A stretch of DNA of 64,000 nt. Origin: Eledone cirrhosa (lineage: Eukaryota). The DNA lies in the NCBI GenBank assembly GCA_964016885.1, contig OZ024747.1, positions 90,148,001-90,212,000 of the forward strand, written 5' to 3'. Positions 37,342-52,733 of the stretch are shown here, piece by piece. The notes below the pieces were generated by a model. The model did not search any database. It was not told where the DNA came from and was given only the letters and a program-made list of their open reading frames with translations. The translations under genes and the position numbers were made by a program. How positions within the stretch are numbered: the first letter of the stretch is position 1; every line of letters starts with the position of its first letter.

Positions 37342-39952
37342 TCATCATCATCATCATCATCACCGTTTTACGTCCGTTCTTCCACGCTAGCATGGGTTAG
37401 ACGGGTTGTCCTGTTGTGGGCAGTGTCTGGTCGGCTGACCATGCCTTGCTCATACAGGAACTGATCTGGCTTGATTTCTACAGCTGGATGCCCTTCCTAA
37501 CACCAACCTCATTTACAGTGAGTGCTGGGTGCTTTTTCGTGGCGCCTACACGTCTACTTTACAGTGTGGGCTGGGTGCTTTTTTGCCGTGGCACCTCCAC
37601 GGCCACCTTGCGGTGGGGGGGGGGGGGCATATTGTTTATATGCTTCAGCATGTACCCATGGGAGGTCGGGTACCCTGTATTACTGCGTGACGCCAGAAGT
37701 CACGGTCGTGTGTCATTGACTTTGAGAGGTGTAGTTGGGTAAGGTCGGCTTTTATCACCTCATCCCAAGTCATCTTGGGTCTCCCCACTCCGCGGTTTCC
37801 ATCAACTTCTAGTGCTCTGCACCTTTTTATGCAGCTGTCATCCTTCATACGCATCACATGTCCATACCAGCGTAACCGCCTCTCCTGCACGCAGCATTTG
37901 ATTCCTCTTATGCTCAGTCTCTCTCTCAATTCCTTTATGCTTTGTCGTTCACGTATATTACTGTTACACATCCATCGGAGCATGCAGGCTTCGTTTCTCT
38001 CTAATCTACGTAAGTCTTCCACCTTCAGCGCCCAGGTCTCACTACCATGCAACATCGCTGTTCGGATACACGCATCATACAGTCTGCCTTTCATTCTGAG
38101 GGAGAAGCCTTTTGCAGCTAGCAGTGGTAGTAGTTCCCTAAACTTCTTCCATCCCGTTCTTACCCTAGTTATTGTACTTTCTGAGCACCCACCTCCGTTG
38201 CTAATTCGGTCACCTAGGTAGCAGAAGCTGTCTACTGTTTCTACAGGGCCCTCCCAGAGATTGGTGGTACTTGTTTCCTGTGGCTGTTTGCTTGCTGTTT
38301 CAGCACAGCTGCTGCATGTGAATCCTACATTCTTAATTAAGCTTCCTGAGATCCCGCTACATCTCTTGTGTACCCATTGTTTGCATTTGGGGCAGAGAAT
38401 GGAGTTCCTACCTACACCTTTCCTACATACTGAGCAAGGCCATTTCCCTGAGGGGATCTGGGTTCTGTTTTCTCGTCTACTTACAAGGACCTTAGTTTTT
38501 GTCATGTTGACTTTGAGGCCCTTTCTCTCTAGTCCCTGCTTCCAGGTTTGGAATTTATTCTCTAGTTCTACCATAGATTCAGCTATGAGTGCGAGGTCAT
38601 CAGCATACAGGAGTTCCCATGGGCATCCGGTCTTAAACTCCTCCGTTATTGCCTGCAGGACTATGATGAACAGGAGAGGGCTAAGAACAGAGCCCTGGTG
38701 GACCCCAACCTGTACGCTAAATTCCTCGCTATACTCATTGCCAATCCTAACTTTGCTGACTGCTCCCCTATACATGGCTTGTACCGCTTTCACAAGCCAT
38801 TCATCTACTCCTAGTTTTCTAAGAGCCCACCAGATTACTGCACGTGGAACTCTGTCAAAGGCTTTCTCAAGGTCGACAAATGCCAAGTAGAGTGGCTTAC
38901 TTTTAGCTAGGTACTTTTCCTGTAATTGCCTCACAAGGAAGAGGGCATCAGTGGTGCCTTTCCCTGGTACAAACCCAAATTGTATCTCGTCTATATTCAC
39001 CCGGTCCCTAATCAGCTGTGCTATAACTCTTTCTGTTACTTTCATGACCTGGTCCATCAACTTTATACCTCTATAGTTTCCTCTATCTAGTGCATCGCCT
39101 TTACCTTTGTAGCAGTTGACAATGATGCTACTGCACCAATCTTTTGGTATGGCCCCCTCTAGTATTACCTGGTTAACGATACGTGTGGTTATAGTGTGAC
39201 CTACAGACCCAGATGCCTTCAGCATCTCGGCAGCTATACCCGATGGACCGGTTGCCTTCCCTATCTTCATATCTCTGATTGCCTTACTTACTACGCTGCC
39301 GCTGACTTGTACTGCTGGTCCCTCTATAGGGTCTACGTGGGGTAGGGTCTCTTCTTCCCATGCATTCTCCTCATTTAGTAATCTATCATAATGACTCTTC
39401 CATGCATCTTTCTTCTCAGCACTTGTGAGGGCAAGCTCACCTTTATCATTCCGGATACACTTCTCTCCAATGACATCACAACTATCTCTGACACACTGCC
39501 TCGCAATCTTGAATACCTCCTGTTTCTGGTCCTCACGTTGTAAAACATGCTTGAATTTTCTATCCTCTGCTTCCCTCCTAGCTAAGTATACTTGTCGCCT
39601 AGCTTCCCTCTTGGTCTCTATGTAATGTACCCTGCTCCCCCCGTTCTTCCATTCTTTCCATGCCTGTCTCTTGGCCTTGACTGCTTCATCTACCTTATTG
39701 TTCCACCACCAAGTCACTCTCCTCCTGCTTGAGGTCTTACTCCAGCCACAAACCTCATCCGTCGCCTCTAGTAAGTTATTTTTTAGGAACTCCCAGTTCT
39801 CTTCTACGTTAAATGTCTCTATCTGTTCTTCTTTACTGTCGTAGGCGTTGAGTAAAATATCTTTAAATCTGTTACTGGTTGAGGGGACTTTCAGCTTCCA
39901 GATCTTTCTTCTCCAGGTTGGCCTCTGTTTCAGGGCTCGTCTAGTTCTGACC
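37342..39952 (-). mobile_element. RTE family B, 5'-truncated (RT ORF 37645..39717, 690 aa), long-type 3' end
   Basis: All RT motifs including YADD and the PHD-type insert; APE absent; (GAT)n tail. Confidence 0.97.
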
Positions 39953-39983
39953 GATAAATTTTCTAGGGTTGTGTGTGCAATCT

Positions 39984-40083
39984 ATATGTAAATTATAGCG
40001 ACTTATATATAGCGACTTATTATATGTAAATTATAGCGACTTATATATAGCGACTTATTATATGTAAATTATAGCGACTTATT
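39984..40083. repeat. ~38-bp tandem repeat next to the RTE 5' junction
   Basis: atatgtaaattatagcgacttatatatagcgacttatt x ~2.6. Confidence 0.85.
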
Positions 40084-40117
40084 TTTGTAAGTGTGTGCTT
40101 GTTTGCACATTTTGTAA

Positions 40118-40292
40118 TAATTGTTTCTACTTTTGGCACAAGGCCAGCAATTATCCCAGTGCATTACTAGTACTTTATTTTATCGACCCCGTAAGGATGA
40201 AAGGCAAAGTTAACCTTGGTAGGATTTGAACTCAGAACATAAAGGGCCATAACTCTTTGCTGCAAAGCACGGTGTCCGACGTTCTACCGAGT
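40118..40292 (-). mobile_element. SINE family 2
   Basis: Reverse complement of 6229-6418. Confidence 0.85.
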
Positions 40293-40694
40293 CTAATAAT
40301 AAACTCATACACACATCAGTGTTTGAAAATAATTCTGGTATACAATATGATACTGACACTACAATTTTAGGAAATAGAATCCATAGCTCTATTTCAGTTC
40401 ATAATTGGAATTATTTCTCCTACTTTTCCAAAGGCTTCGGAAAACTTGGAACATTCTACTCCATATCTCTTAAATTTCATGTCTAATGAAGAAATTTAAT
40501 TTCATTCATTCATACATTCATTGAGAAATATGGTAAATATGGAATGTATCAAATTTAAAATATGTTGTTATCATTCTTAAGCATCTTGTATTTGGTATAT
40601 CTTTGAGACATACAAACTTTCTGATGACTAACTTTGTTATAAAATACAATAAAAAATATCTTAAAGCCAAATATTTAACCACAATAGTAACTTT

Positions 40695-40743
<49 letters not shown>

Positions 40744-40744
40744 T

Positions 40745-40784
<40 letters not shown>

Positions 40785-40826
40785 GCATACATATATATAT
40801 AAATAGAGAGAGAGAGAGATATATAC

Positions 40827-40860
<34 letters not shown>

Positions 40861-40871
40861 GTATACACATG

Positions 40872-40902
<31 letters not shown>

Positions 40903-40919
40903 TATATGTATGTATATAC

Positions 40920-41010
<91 letters not shown>

Positions 41011-41077
41011 CACACACACATACATACATACATACATATATACATACATACATACATACATATATATATATATGAGA

Positions 41078-41122
<45 letters not shown>

Positions 41123-41163
41123 CACACACACATACATACTTATATATATATATATGAGAATAA

Positions 41164-41235
<72 letters not shown>

Positions 41236-41594
41236 TTTCTTATATATATTCCTAAAAATATTTATTGCAGCCATGAATAAATATATTGTTGTTATATTAT
41301 TGTTTTGTATAGTTTTGCAATATTCTATTTGTCAATGGTGGAGACATACAAACAAGTTTTACTTGATCTGCTTCTATCTTATTGTTTATGTTTTCTTTCA
41401 ATTATATCAAAAGTGTTCAACTTTGTACTTTGCTTACAAAATACAGAGAAAAAAAATTGAAAAATTGCCTTTATATTTATTATGATCGAAAGCGACTAAC
41501 ATTATGGCCAGGAATCCAATATATTTAAAACATTTGTTGAAATTATTCTTATTATTGTTTCAAATCTTCACCGCATATATATATATATACATAC

Positions 41595-41726
<132 letters not shown>

Positions 41727-41744
41727 CATATATATATATATATG

Positions 41745-41832
<88 letters not shown>

Positions 41833-42209
41833 TACATAAACACATGCATATGCATATACCAAAGGCAGACAAACACCCAAACATACACAGATACATACAT
41901 ACACATATACACACACAAACACACATAAACGTACACATAAACATACACATACACATGCACATGCACACACCAAAGTCAGACAAACACCCAAACACACACA
42001 CATATACATACGAACACATACACACACATACACACACACATACATACACACCCAAACACACACAAACACACGCACATACACACATAGACACCCAAACACA
42101 CACATGCACACAAACACAGATATATACCCAAACACAAACACATTTAGACACACACACATATGCACACACAAAGACAGATAAACAGATAAAGAGAGACTTA
42201 TATATACCG

Positions 42210-42256
<47 letters not shown>

Positions 42257-43078
42257 TATACATACTTATGTACATACATATATATACATACATACATACA
42301 TACATACATCCACATATACATACTTATGTCTATACATATATACAAACATGCATAAATACATGCATACATTCATACACACACACACACATACATGCATATA
42401 TACATACATACACACATACATACATATATACATACACACACACATACACACATACATATAGACATACATATAGACATACATACACACATAACCACATACA
42501 CACATACATACATGTTGAAAGAAGAAGCAGCTCAACTGCTCAATCTAAAAAGGCTCATGTAAAAGGTGATATTGTATAAGATCTGTTGTAACCATCACAG
42601 TAAAGATCATTGAATTTCCGAGACTTTAGCTTTTACAACAATCCGATTACAGATTCTACAGTCTGATTTATTTATTTCAGTAAATGGCAGTTAATTCCTA
42701 AAATTCCATTTCACTGATTGAATCGACCTTATATGAAACATCCACAGGTTTAGCATTTGAAATAAGTGACAAGAACCTCTACATGAAGCATTTGTATATA
42801 TTTGAGAAAGATAATTGAAAATTTACATACTTTCAATGTTGTTTTATAATCTGGTAAAGATACTTTAAGACAAAGACAAAAGAACTGTACTGATTTGAAT
42901 TGTTAATTTAGTGGAGTTTCAATTTTTCCTAGTTTTTTTTCTTTATTTGGTTATCTGAAATTTTCTGTTGTATTGTATTTTATTGCATTTTATTTTATTT
43001 GTATTTATTTTTGATAGATGTCAACTTCACTTGATATGTATTCATATATACGTAAACACGTTAAACGTGTATATATAG

Positions 43079-43140
<62 letters not shown>

Positions 43141-43498
43141 TGCACATACACACACACTCACACATTAATGTGTATGTGTTGTTTGTGTATATGTATGCAC
43201 CATGTATATATGTATATATATATATATGTGTGTATACATATATGTATATATATATATGTATATATATATATATACGTGTGTGTGTATATATATATGTATG
43301 TATATATAATAATATATATATACACATATATACATATTATATATATATATATACATACATATATATATATATATATGTGTAAACATATATATACATATAT
43401 ATTACATATATATTACTTATATATTACATATATATATACATATATATATTTTATATATATATATACACACACACACATATATATATATACATATACAG

Positions 43499-43547
<49 letters not shown>

Positions 43548-44606
43548 TACATACACACGCATATATATATATACATACACACATGCACACACACATATAT
43601 ATACACACACACACACACATACATATACACAAGCAACACATACATACCTACATACATACATACATACATAAATACATACATACATACATACATACATACA
43701 CACATACATAAATACATACATACATATATACATACATATATAATCAGTGTTAACTTATACTGATTTCTACTAACCAAACATACAAAATTTATTTTTAAAA
43801 GGAAAAAAAGGAAATTTCAAAATCAAAAAATCGAAGTTATAATACTTTACAAAAAGGTGGAATACAGCGGGCTAGTTGACTGAGGTTATAAATGGCTTAA
43901 ATGAAGGAAATGTGTAGAAACACCATTTTGAAGCTAACAGACATCTAGTAAAAAATATGTTGACCAACTAACATAGAAAACAACAAGAATAGTAAAAGAG
44001 GAATAAGGGGGTGGGTGGGGTAGAAAGAAAGTAAAACAATGAAATTGGAGAGGGAAGAAAAAAAAGCAGAAGAGGAACAAATAAATAATAAAAATATATA
44101 AAATATATAAAAATGGTTTTTAAAATAAATAAGGTAAAAAAAAATGTAATAAAGATAATTAAAATAAAAGGAAATTAAATTGAATTAATGATACTTTAGA
44201 CAGAAAAAAAAATATAGCAAAAAATGTATAGGAAAAGAAACAAAAAGAAACAAAAAGAGAAATAAAAAAATGTAGATAAAAGAAATGGTGAAATGAATGA
44301 AAGGAAGGAGATAGAAAGATTAGAGGATAGACTGAGTGAAGGAGAAGAAAGGAGATAAGAGAGAAAGAGAGAATAAAGAATGAAAAGACAAGATTATGAA
44401 GAGAGTGAGATGGGAAGAAACTATGGGGGAATAAATTGTAGAGAGAATGAGTAAAAGATTGTTGAATAATAAGGAAACATGGTAACAAACAGAGAAAAAA
44501 TAAAGGTCTGTTTTTTTTGTTAAATGGTTAAAGTAAACATAGAAAATAGTGAGTAGAGAGGAAAAAGGAAAGAGAGAGAGTGAGAGATAACAAGAGTAGG
44601 GAAAGG

Positions 44607-44642
<36 letters not shown>

Positions 44643-44742
44643 GCTAGAGTAGGGTTAGAGAATATATATATATATATACATATATATATGCATATATATA
44701 TATATATATATATATACATACATACACACACATATATATATT

Positions 44743-44776
<34 letters not shown>

Positions 44777-45157
44777 CAGAGAAAGAGTGAGAGAGAGAGA
44801 TAGGGAACGAGTAAGGCTCTATTTCAAGAGAGAAAGAGCGTGAGAAAGAGAGAAGTAATTCTCTTAATAGATACACAGTGTGTTTGAATAACAAAGAGAA
44901 GGGTGCTGTTAGTAATGTATATAAATCACATGTAAATAACATTAAATTGAGATGTAGAAGAAAGAGAAGTTATTGTGTTAGCTTTATTTCTACAGGCTGC
45001 AGAGGTGTGTGTGAGGGTGTGTGAGGGTGTGAGAGTGTAAGAGTGTGTGGGTATTGGTGTGTGTTTGGTTGAAGACAGAAGAGAAGGCAATAGAAATATA
45101 TGTAGGAAAGTTGCTCATTTCATTTAGATTCCTTGAGGTGATAGCAACAACATTACA

Positions 45158-45880
45158 TGTATATATATAAAACAGAGAATGTCTGTCTGTTTGTCTGTCT
45201 GTCTGACTCCCTAAAACTCGAGAACCACCGAACCGATTATTTTCAAACTTTACACATGTAATACTAATGGTCGTGTGAGTGGTTTGAGCAAAATATATTT
45301 CAAACTTTCAATGTCCTAGGGACCGCATTAGGCGAAAAACCGATTTCTTAAAGCATTTTGGTTGCGTTAGGGCCTGTAACTCAAAAAGTACCCAACCAAT
45401 TTTTTTTTTAACTTTGCATATGCATTACTTATGTTTCACAAATTTCCTTGATTGAAAAAGATTTCAAATTTTTTGCCCGGGGACCGCATTGTTTAGCATT
45501 TTGGTTGCGTTAGGGCCCGTAAACTTAAAAGTAACCAACTAAATTCTTTCATGCTCTCCACCACTGCAGTCCCACATGTTTACTGCTCTGTAACTATTGC
45601 TTTCATTGTACCATAGCACAACAAATACATGTTCAGTTTGTCGAATGCCTGTTTACTTAACCCTATCAACTTGGCTTTCGTGGGTTGAACATTTTACTCT
45701 CAGGCACCCAATTAAGTTAAACCCCTGGTAATCTATGACAAATTTTTTTTATAAGCACAAAATGTAGAACACCATTCCCAGGCCGAGGTATTCCATACTT
45801 CTCTGTACTGTTTCAGAAAGGAGGGATAAACATGCCAACCTATCTTTAGAATCCCGAGCAACACCAGGTCCTTCTGCTAG
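45158..45880 (+). mobile_element. Non-autonomous Helitron-like element
   Basis: 5' tatatatataaaa...(gtct)n; internal duplication; 3' degenerate hairpin cccgagcaacaccagg followed by CTAG|T at 45877-45881. Confidence 0.75.
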
Positions 45881-45881
45881 T

Positions 45882-46150
45882 GTCATCATCATCACCGTTT
45901 TATGTCCGTTCTTCCATGCTAGCATGGGTTAGACGGGTTGTCCTGTTGTGAGCAGCGTCCAGTCGGCTGACCTTTTCTTGCTCATACAGGAACTGATTTT
46001 GGCTTGATTTCTACGTCATTTACAGTGAGTGGTGGGTGCTTTTTTTCCGTGGCGCCTACACGTCCACTTTACAGTGTAGGCGGGGTGCTTTTTTGCTGTG
46101 GCACCTCCACGACCACTTTGCAGTGGGGGGGGGGGGCATATTGTCTACAT
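45882..46150 (-). mobile_element. RTE family B 3' UTR fragment (long-type end)
   Basis: Matches 37342-37640. Confidence 0.88.
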
Positions 46151-46195
46151 GCATATATATATACATATATATATATATGTATGTATATATGTGTG

Positions 46196-46230
<35 letters not shown>

Positions 46231-46245
46231 TTATTGTATAGAAGG

Positions 46246-46296
46246 AACTTCTACAGGACTAGAACTGTTTCATTCAGATGAAATCTTCAGGAAGCT
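46246..46296 (-). ncRNA. Type I hammerhead ribozyme, PLE-1-related, in a solo pLTR fragment (~46230-46440)
   Basis: AGCUUC-CUGAAGA-UUUCAUCUGAAU-GAAA-CAG-UUCUAGUC-CUG-UA-GAAGUU. Confidence 0.78.
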
Positions 46297-46446
46297 GGGT
46301 GTCATATTAAGTTCTGGTATTTATACATTTAGGTAGTGGTAAAGGAGGGTGGTGGCTGGGGGGAGGGGATTTTTTGGGTAGGTTGGTATTTAGATACACA
46401 GGACCATAACATGGCACAGACCGTTTTTTCTTTGGGGAGTGGTCAA

Positions 46447-47682
46447 TTAGCCGGAGTGCTTTTTCACAGCATTCCTTGCTTTAAGCAATGTGATCTTCTT
46501 CCCCTGCAAATCCATAATGATGCTATTGCATTTATCAAAGGTGTTAGCGAGGTAGGCGCAGTCTTGCCTCACATCGAGGGTTTTCTTGTACAGTTCTGTG
46601 TTGCGTCCTCGAAGAAACTCAATGATAGAGTTGAACAGTTCAAAGAAGTGAGTAAGGCACTTGCCCTTTGAAAGCCACCTCACTTCAGTATGAAGGAACA
46701 ACTTGACGAATTCTTCGTCATTATCTTGGCACAGTTGCCGAAAATTTTGTTCATTGAGGGAATGGTGTTTGATAAAATTGATGACATCAATGGCTATCTG
46801 CAAGGACTTGCTCAGTGGCTCACTGAGTTTCTTCGCAGCCAAGTGTTGTTGATGAATGACACAATGAACAGCAAATACAGATAGATTTTCTCTCTTTAGA
46901 AGAGTGAAGAAACCCTTATGTTGGCCGACCATTGCTCTTGCGTCATCCATAGCACTATACAATGTGTGTTGTATGTGGTCCTAGATGTATGCATTACCTC
47001 CCTGTGTGTTGTATGCAGTCCTAGATGTATGTATTACCTGCTTATGTATTGCATGTGGTCCCAGCTGTATGTATTACCTGCTTGTGTGTTGTATGTGGTC
47101 CTAGATGTGTGTATTACCTGCTTATATGTTGCATGTGGTCCTAGATGTGTGTATTACCTGCTTATGTGTTGTATGTAGTCCTAGATGTGTGTATTATCTG
47201 ATTATGTGTTGTATGTGGTCCTAGATGTGTGTGCTACCCGCTTTTGTGTTTTTCTTTTCTTTTTTTATTTGTAATATTATTTATACAATAAGGAATAAAA
47301 TAGATCTACATAGTGTTAACTTGTTACGGTTGAGTCAATAATTTCAGACATGCAATACATTGTTATCGGTGAAGCAAAGACAAGATTCAAACTGTCATTG
47401 ACCCAGTTGACTGTGGGGTTTTCCATTTTTAGGATCTTAATTGCCGGTTAATGTTTAGACACGCCTGCACAACTGCTTACAGCTGCGGTCAGACCATAGT
47501 TATACTGTCTGCATGCTCATTCAAATGCATTCACACTGGCTGTCTCAGAGACATCCAAATATGGCTTATAAAACTTACCAAAGTAAAGAGCCTTCCAGTT
47601 CCCCCCTAGCGCCCCCCCCCCCTGATGCCCCCTTGTTCCAAAACGCCCCCTGGGGTGCATATGCCCCCCGTTGAGAACCTTA
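46447..47682 (-). mobile_element. hAT (Charlie/Buster-like) transposon remnant
   Basis: ORF 46447..46962: DDARAMVG...HCVIHQQHLAAKKL...LHTEVRWLSKG. Terminal-like ggttctcaac near 47680; 40-bp tandem array (~7 copies) at 46965-47250. Confidence 0.85.
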
Positions 47683-47899
47683 TATCTAGATGATAAACAA
47701 TCACCAAGTACACACAAAGTGACTGGTGATAGGAAAAGCATCTAACCATAGAAAATCTGCCAAAGGATCAGGAAGACTCTTCAACTAAGCCAAAGACCCA
47801 ATAGTATTTGGAGAATTCTGTAGTTTTCATTGGTACAAAGTGCACATTTCTTTGCTCCACTGATATATGAAGTGGTCGCTCTGGAATTCTCCATTATAT

Positions 47900-48185
47900 T
47901 ACACCTTTCAGCTGCAGTACTCAGTCATAAAAAGAAGGAAGTAGGGTTAAAAGCTAAATTTGCTATTTTCAATTCAGCATTTGTGCCTACCTTTAACTAT
48001 AGACATGAATCTTGGATAATAGCTGAAAGAATATGATCATGAATACAAATGGCCAAAATGGGGTTCCTCTAAAGGGTCTCTGGAGTAATATTATTCAATA
48101 GGGTGTATATTATGAATATATCAGGGAGCCATTCCAGATAGACCCACTAATTCCCCGCATTGAGAGATTACAGCAGGGGTAGAAG
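47900..48185 (+). mobile_element. Degenerate Rex3/Expander-like RTE fragment
   Basis: KAKFAIFNSAFVPTFNYRHESW...IQMAKMGFL*RVSGV...IERLQ. Confidence 0.65.
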
Positions 48186-49448
48186 AAGATGATGTTTGAT
48201 GATGGTTTTTTTTATGATGATGATGGTAATGATGATGTTATTTGAGGATGATGATGATGATTATTATGATGATTGTGGTAGTAAAGATGATGATGATGAT
48301 AACGATTACATTTTTCTCCTTTGATTCTATTTTTGTGTACACAAAAAGCAGTGGTGCATAGTACACTTTTACCATTATTGCAAAAGGGATAAATAAAGGA
48401 ATAAATCATTTCAAAGTGAAAATTCTAAGAAGTACCTCCTACCACAAAATAGTCTAAAACCAATCATTAATAAAAAATAAATGGCTAGTTTTGAATCTGG
48501 CAATCTTCATAGTACATCACTGCTTAAACACTTTGTTTTATTTGGCACATTGGACCCTCTCAATATATATATCTCAGTTTATTGCAAATTTCATTTAATA
48601 CCATGTCAAACAGGACATCTTGTTAGTGGAAAACTGAAACGAAAAAATTTGTGCTTAGTACATCAAAGAAAGTAAAGTTACTTATGAGAGTTTTTAGCAG
48701 ATTAATAAAAATCACACAGACCCTGCTTTAGAAGTGCATTAATTTGGATTTGTTAAATGTACTTTTATTCTTTACTTTTTGTTTCATTTTATGTTTTATA
48801 TTTTAAACATTTCTACACCTTCAAGCAGTTACATCTTGATGAAGTAGACGTTAGATATATAAAGATTGTATCTTAGGTGACAAACATTAAATTAAAAAGG
48901 TTTCAATGATTTGTCATTATTTTTCTTCTTTTTATTTTACTGATATGAAAAATTGCACATGGTACAAAAGAGAGAAAGAAACAATAAAATTAAAGTAAAA
49001 TTTAAGTATGAAGGGCATACACTTTATGAATTTTTATTTTATAATAATTAGTTTTATTTTAGTTCTCATCATGTTTTTCCAAGGCATATTTCCAATTAAG
49101 CAAACTTTACCATTTGAATTTCATATACATATTTAGTTTTCCGAAAAGGTTTTGTGGTAGCATATGGTGCAAGAAACATACTAAGTAAATATTGATTTCT
49201 AGCATAGACATATAAAATATAATTTCATTCTGTAGTTTTTATTTAATAAATACTCATTTTACTACTAATGTGGTGAGGTAAATATATACATATACTCCTG
49301 GTCCAAACACAATGAAATCAAACTCCCACTGATACTGCCTCTGTCTCTCACGCTGTCCCCATCTCTCACTATTATAAGCAACTGGGGGTTCACACACTGG
49401 CCACCCCACAGCTCCAGAGGACAGAATAGAGAAGGCGTTTCCCCAGAG

Positions 49449-49488
<40 letters not shown>

Positions 49489-49532
49489 GAGAGAGAGCGT
49501 GAGAAAGAGAAAGAGAGAGAGAGACAAATCAT

Positions 49533-49717
49533 CAATTGGTAGTATCAGTAGAGGGTCGGACGCCATGGTTTGCAGCATCGAGTTACTGCCCTTTACAGTC
49601 TGAGTTCAAATCCCACCAAGGTTAACTTTGCCTTTCATCCTTATGGGGTCGACAAAATAAAGTACCAGTAATGCACTGGGATAATTGCTGGCCTTGTGCC
49701 AAAAGTAGAAACAATTA
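49533..49717 (+). mobile_element. SINE family 2
   Basis: Matches 6229-6418. Confidence 0.85.
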
Positions 49718-51481
49718 TCATCATCACCATTATCATTATCATTTTACATTCACTTTTCCATGCTGGAATATGCTCCTCAGTAGGATATCAGTATATCGAT
49801 ATACTGTATATATGACATTCCTAAATGTACACATCCAGTTCAGGTGTATGTACTTAGTTTAGAAAAGGGACAGTGTAACCCTGCATGTTATAAAATATGG
49901 CTTCCAGCAGTAATATATTGATTAAAATACAAGTAAGGTGTAGACAAATGCCTTATGGTTATACAAGCAATGTGAGAGTTGGCAATGAGAGGAGTGATGT
50001 ATTGCATATGGGAGTCTCCGAGAGCTCATTCCTCAGCCGAATTCTGTTTATCATTGTCCTTCAATGAGTAGAAAGCCTTTCATGGGACCTGCAAGGCAAA
50101 CCCCTTCTTTAGCAGAAAACACAAAATAAAACAAAACATAGCCTTACAATGCTTGCTGCTGCATAACATCTCTCAATGATCTGATAAATTCTGAGATATA
50201 GAATACCTCAACTGTTCAGAGACACAGTGGATATGTCTCTCTGTCTATCTGTAACATGAACTCATGACCAACTTTCTTACACACATTGCAATTGTGTGTC
50301 TCCACTCCATGTAGCATGATAACTCAGAACTTCTCCAAAAATTAATTTGTCTGTACCATAAAACTAAAATATATTAATCTACCTTTAATAGTAGCTACGT
50401 TATAACCTAATATGACATTTCTTTTCTTCTCTTCACCTTATATTTACTTACTTTGTAAGCTTTAACTTGCATGAAGTTGAAGCCAAAGTAACTTTTATGA
50501 TTGATCTAGCAAGATACTACAAAAATATATGAAAAAATAGGGAAAAAAAAACCCAATAAAGTATTCTTATACCTGCTAGTCAACTATTAACTTTATGATT
50601 AATTTAAATATGGTGATTACGTTTCAAATATAAGCTGTTAGTTGTTATAGGCATGAAATTTGAAAAAAAAAGTGTTTCTAAAGGCGTGGTTTTCATTTTT
50701 GCTGATCCTCCTTCTCTATAAAAATGCATTCATGCTTATATAAATGATCGTTCTTCTGTGATGAAATATATTGTGCATGAATGCATCTAGTAACTGGCTT
50801 GGCAAGAAGTAACCCATAGTGACTTACAATTGCTGACACGTCACTGAGACTTATATAAAATTCTTTATTCTAAGAGTATGTGATAAATGGAAAAATAGAT
50901 AGGTTTATCTTCAACTAAAACTAAACATGTTTAAACCATTATATAGGGTAGCATTATGTTTTATAGATTGATTCCCACTCTCACTCTCCCTCACCCTCTT
51001 TATATATGTATGTACGAATATATATATGATGATGATGATGATATATATATGTATATATATATATGTGTGTGTGTGTGTGTATATATATATGTGTGTGTGT
51101 GTATGTATATATATGTGTATGTGTGTGTGTATATATATATATATATGTGTGTGTGTTTGTATGTATATATATATGTGTATGTGTGTATATATAAATATAT
51201 ATATTACAGGAAAATCTGCTTCTTAGAATCAAGACGTATCTGAGGACCTTGCCATTTTCAGAGTCAGGTTCGATCATCACATCGATCGTGCCTCGAGCTG
51301 GTCGCCAGAGAAACGATTGTAATATGTTCAATAAATTCCATTCGTCGCAACACTGATTCTCTTTTTTTTGTGATATCATACTCTGCTCTATGAGAGCATT
51401 GAGTGCTCATATGGCCTACCGCATACAGACGCTTTAAGCATCCAACACCAATTACATATATATATATATATTCATATATAT

Positions 51482-51998
51482 GTCAGGTCACTCTCGAGTG
51501 CTACTGGTAACATCTAACCAAGTACAACCTGTCTCATGGTTGGGTCATCAGTGACTAAACCGGCAACCCCACCAAGCTTGCTTGGTGAGGAGGGTGATAT
51601 TTGGACATCCTGCAGCATGAAATACAAGACCCGGTGAAGGGCGGAGGAACTCAGCAGAGTCAACAGCCATCCAAATAGTACTTTTTTTTTTCACCTGGGA
51701 GTGAAAGGCCCCCAGTTGTTGTCACAACACCTTTCTAAAAGACGGAAACTCTGAAAAAAAAAAAAACCTGCGGCTTCGGTAGCATCCGATGATGTTGACC
51801 AGTTCTCCTTTTTAAGTAGTGTTTTTGATGCTCAGAGAGTGGGATTGGTCGAGTGCAAGGCCTTTCCCCACCTTCAAAGCACAGGCATTGCTTGTTCAGG
51901 ATATGTTACAGGTTTGTGTGGCTGGTTGTAGCCGAAAGGTGCACCATTTTCTGTAATCTGACAAGCAATTGCAATACACTTAGTAGAGTTTGCAACCA

Positions 51999-52000
<2 letters not shown>
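51482..52000 (+). repeat. ~520-bp dispersed repeat of unknown class (copy 1)
   Basis: Colinear with the reverse complement of 59255-59773; flanked by (TA)n. Confidence 0.9.
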
Positions 52001-52067
<67 letters not shown>

Positions 52068-52250
52068 TACACACAGATATACATAGCTACATATGTATAT
52101 CATTATTATACCTTTTGCACAAACTAAAGCGTCCTCTCAAAGCCTATGTTTGACAAGTTTCCTACTGCTCGATGCTCCTCTAAATACAACCCGCTTAATA
52201 AAGTGTACTAGGTGTGTTTTATAATAACACCTACATTAAAAAGTTTAGGT

Positions 52251-52451
52251 CAGGCATGTCAAGCATGTGGGTCTTTACAAGCACACTTGTAACTCGCACA
52301 AAGGTTTTTACAGCACGGTCATGTTTTATCTTCGTAATATAAAATGAAATAACTTAGTTGTAATGTGCACAATTAGTTGTCATGTGTGGCCCTCAGACAA
52401 CACATACGTGACCCATGGGGCTCTTGGGGGACAGTCAGTTTGACATGCCTG
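52251..52451. mobile_element. hAT-type MITE
   Basis: TIR caggcatgtcaa/ttgacatgcctg; 8-bp TSD gtttaggt / gtttaagt (7/8 match). Confidence 0.85.
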
Positions 52452-52733
52452 GTTTAAGTTCCTCTCAACTCTTTGTACAACAAGTTTTCAATGTTTGGAT
52501 TCCCATCTTAGGAATAGTTTACTGGGTGCATTTTTTTAAGGCACCAGCACTAGAAGGGTTGTCAAATGTTTGGGGTAGATGTGATTAAGGAAGGGGTAAT
52601 AATGGTAATAGCTATGGCAAGTGTGGTGGGATTTAATGGGTTGAAGGGTGGTGGAAGTGATCTAAAATTGAGTGGGAGGAGTGTACAGTGAAGGACTCAG
52701 AGAAATTCTTTGCTTAATCTTTAATCTGTAATA

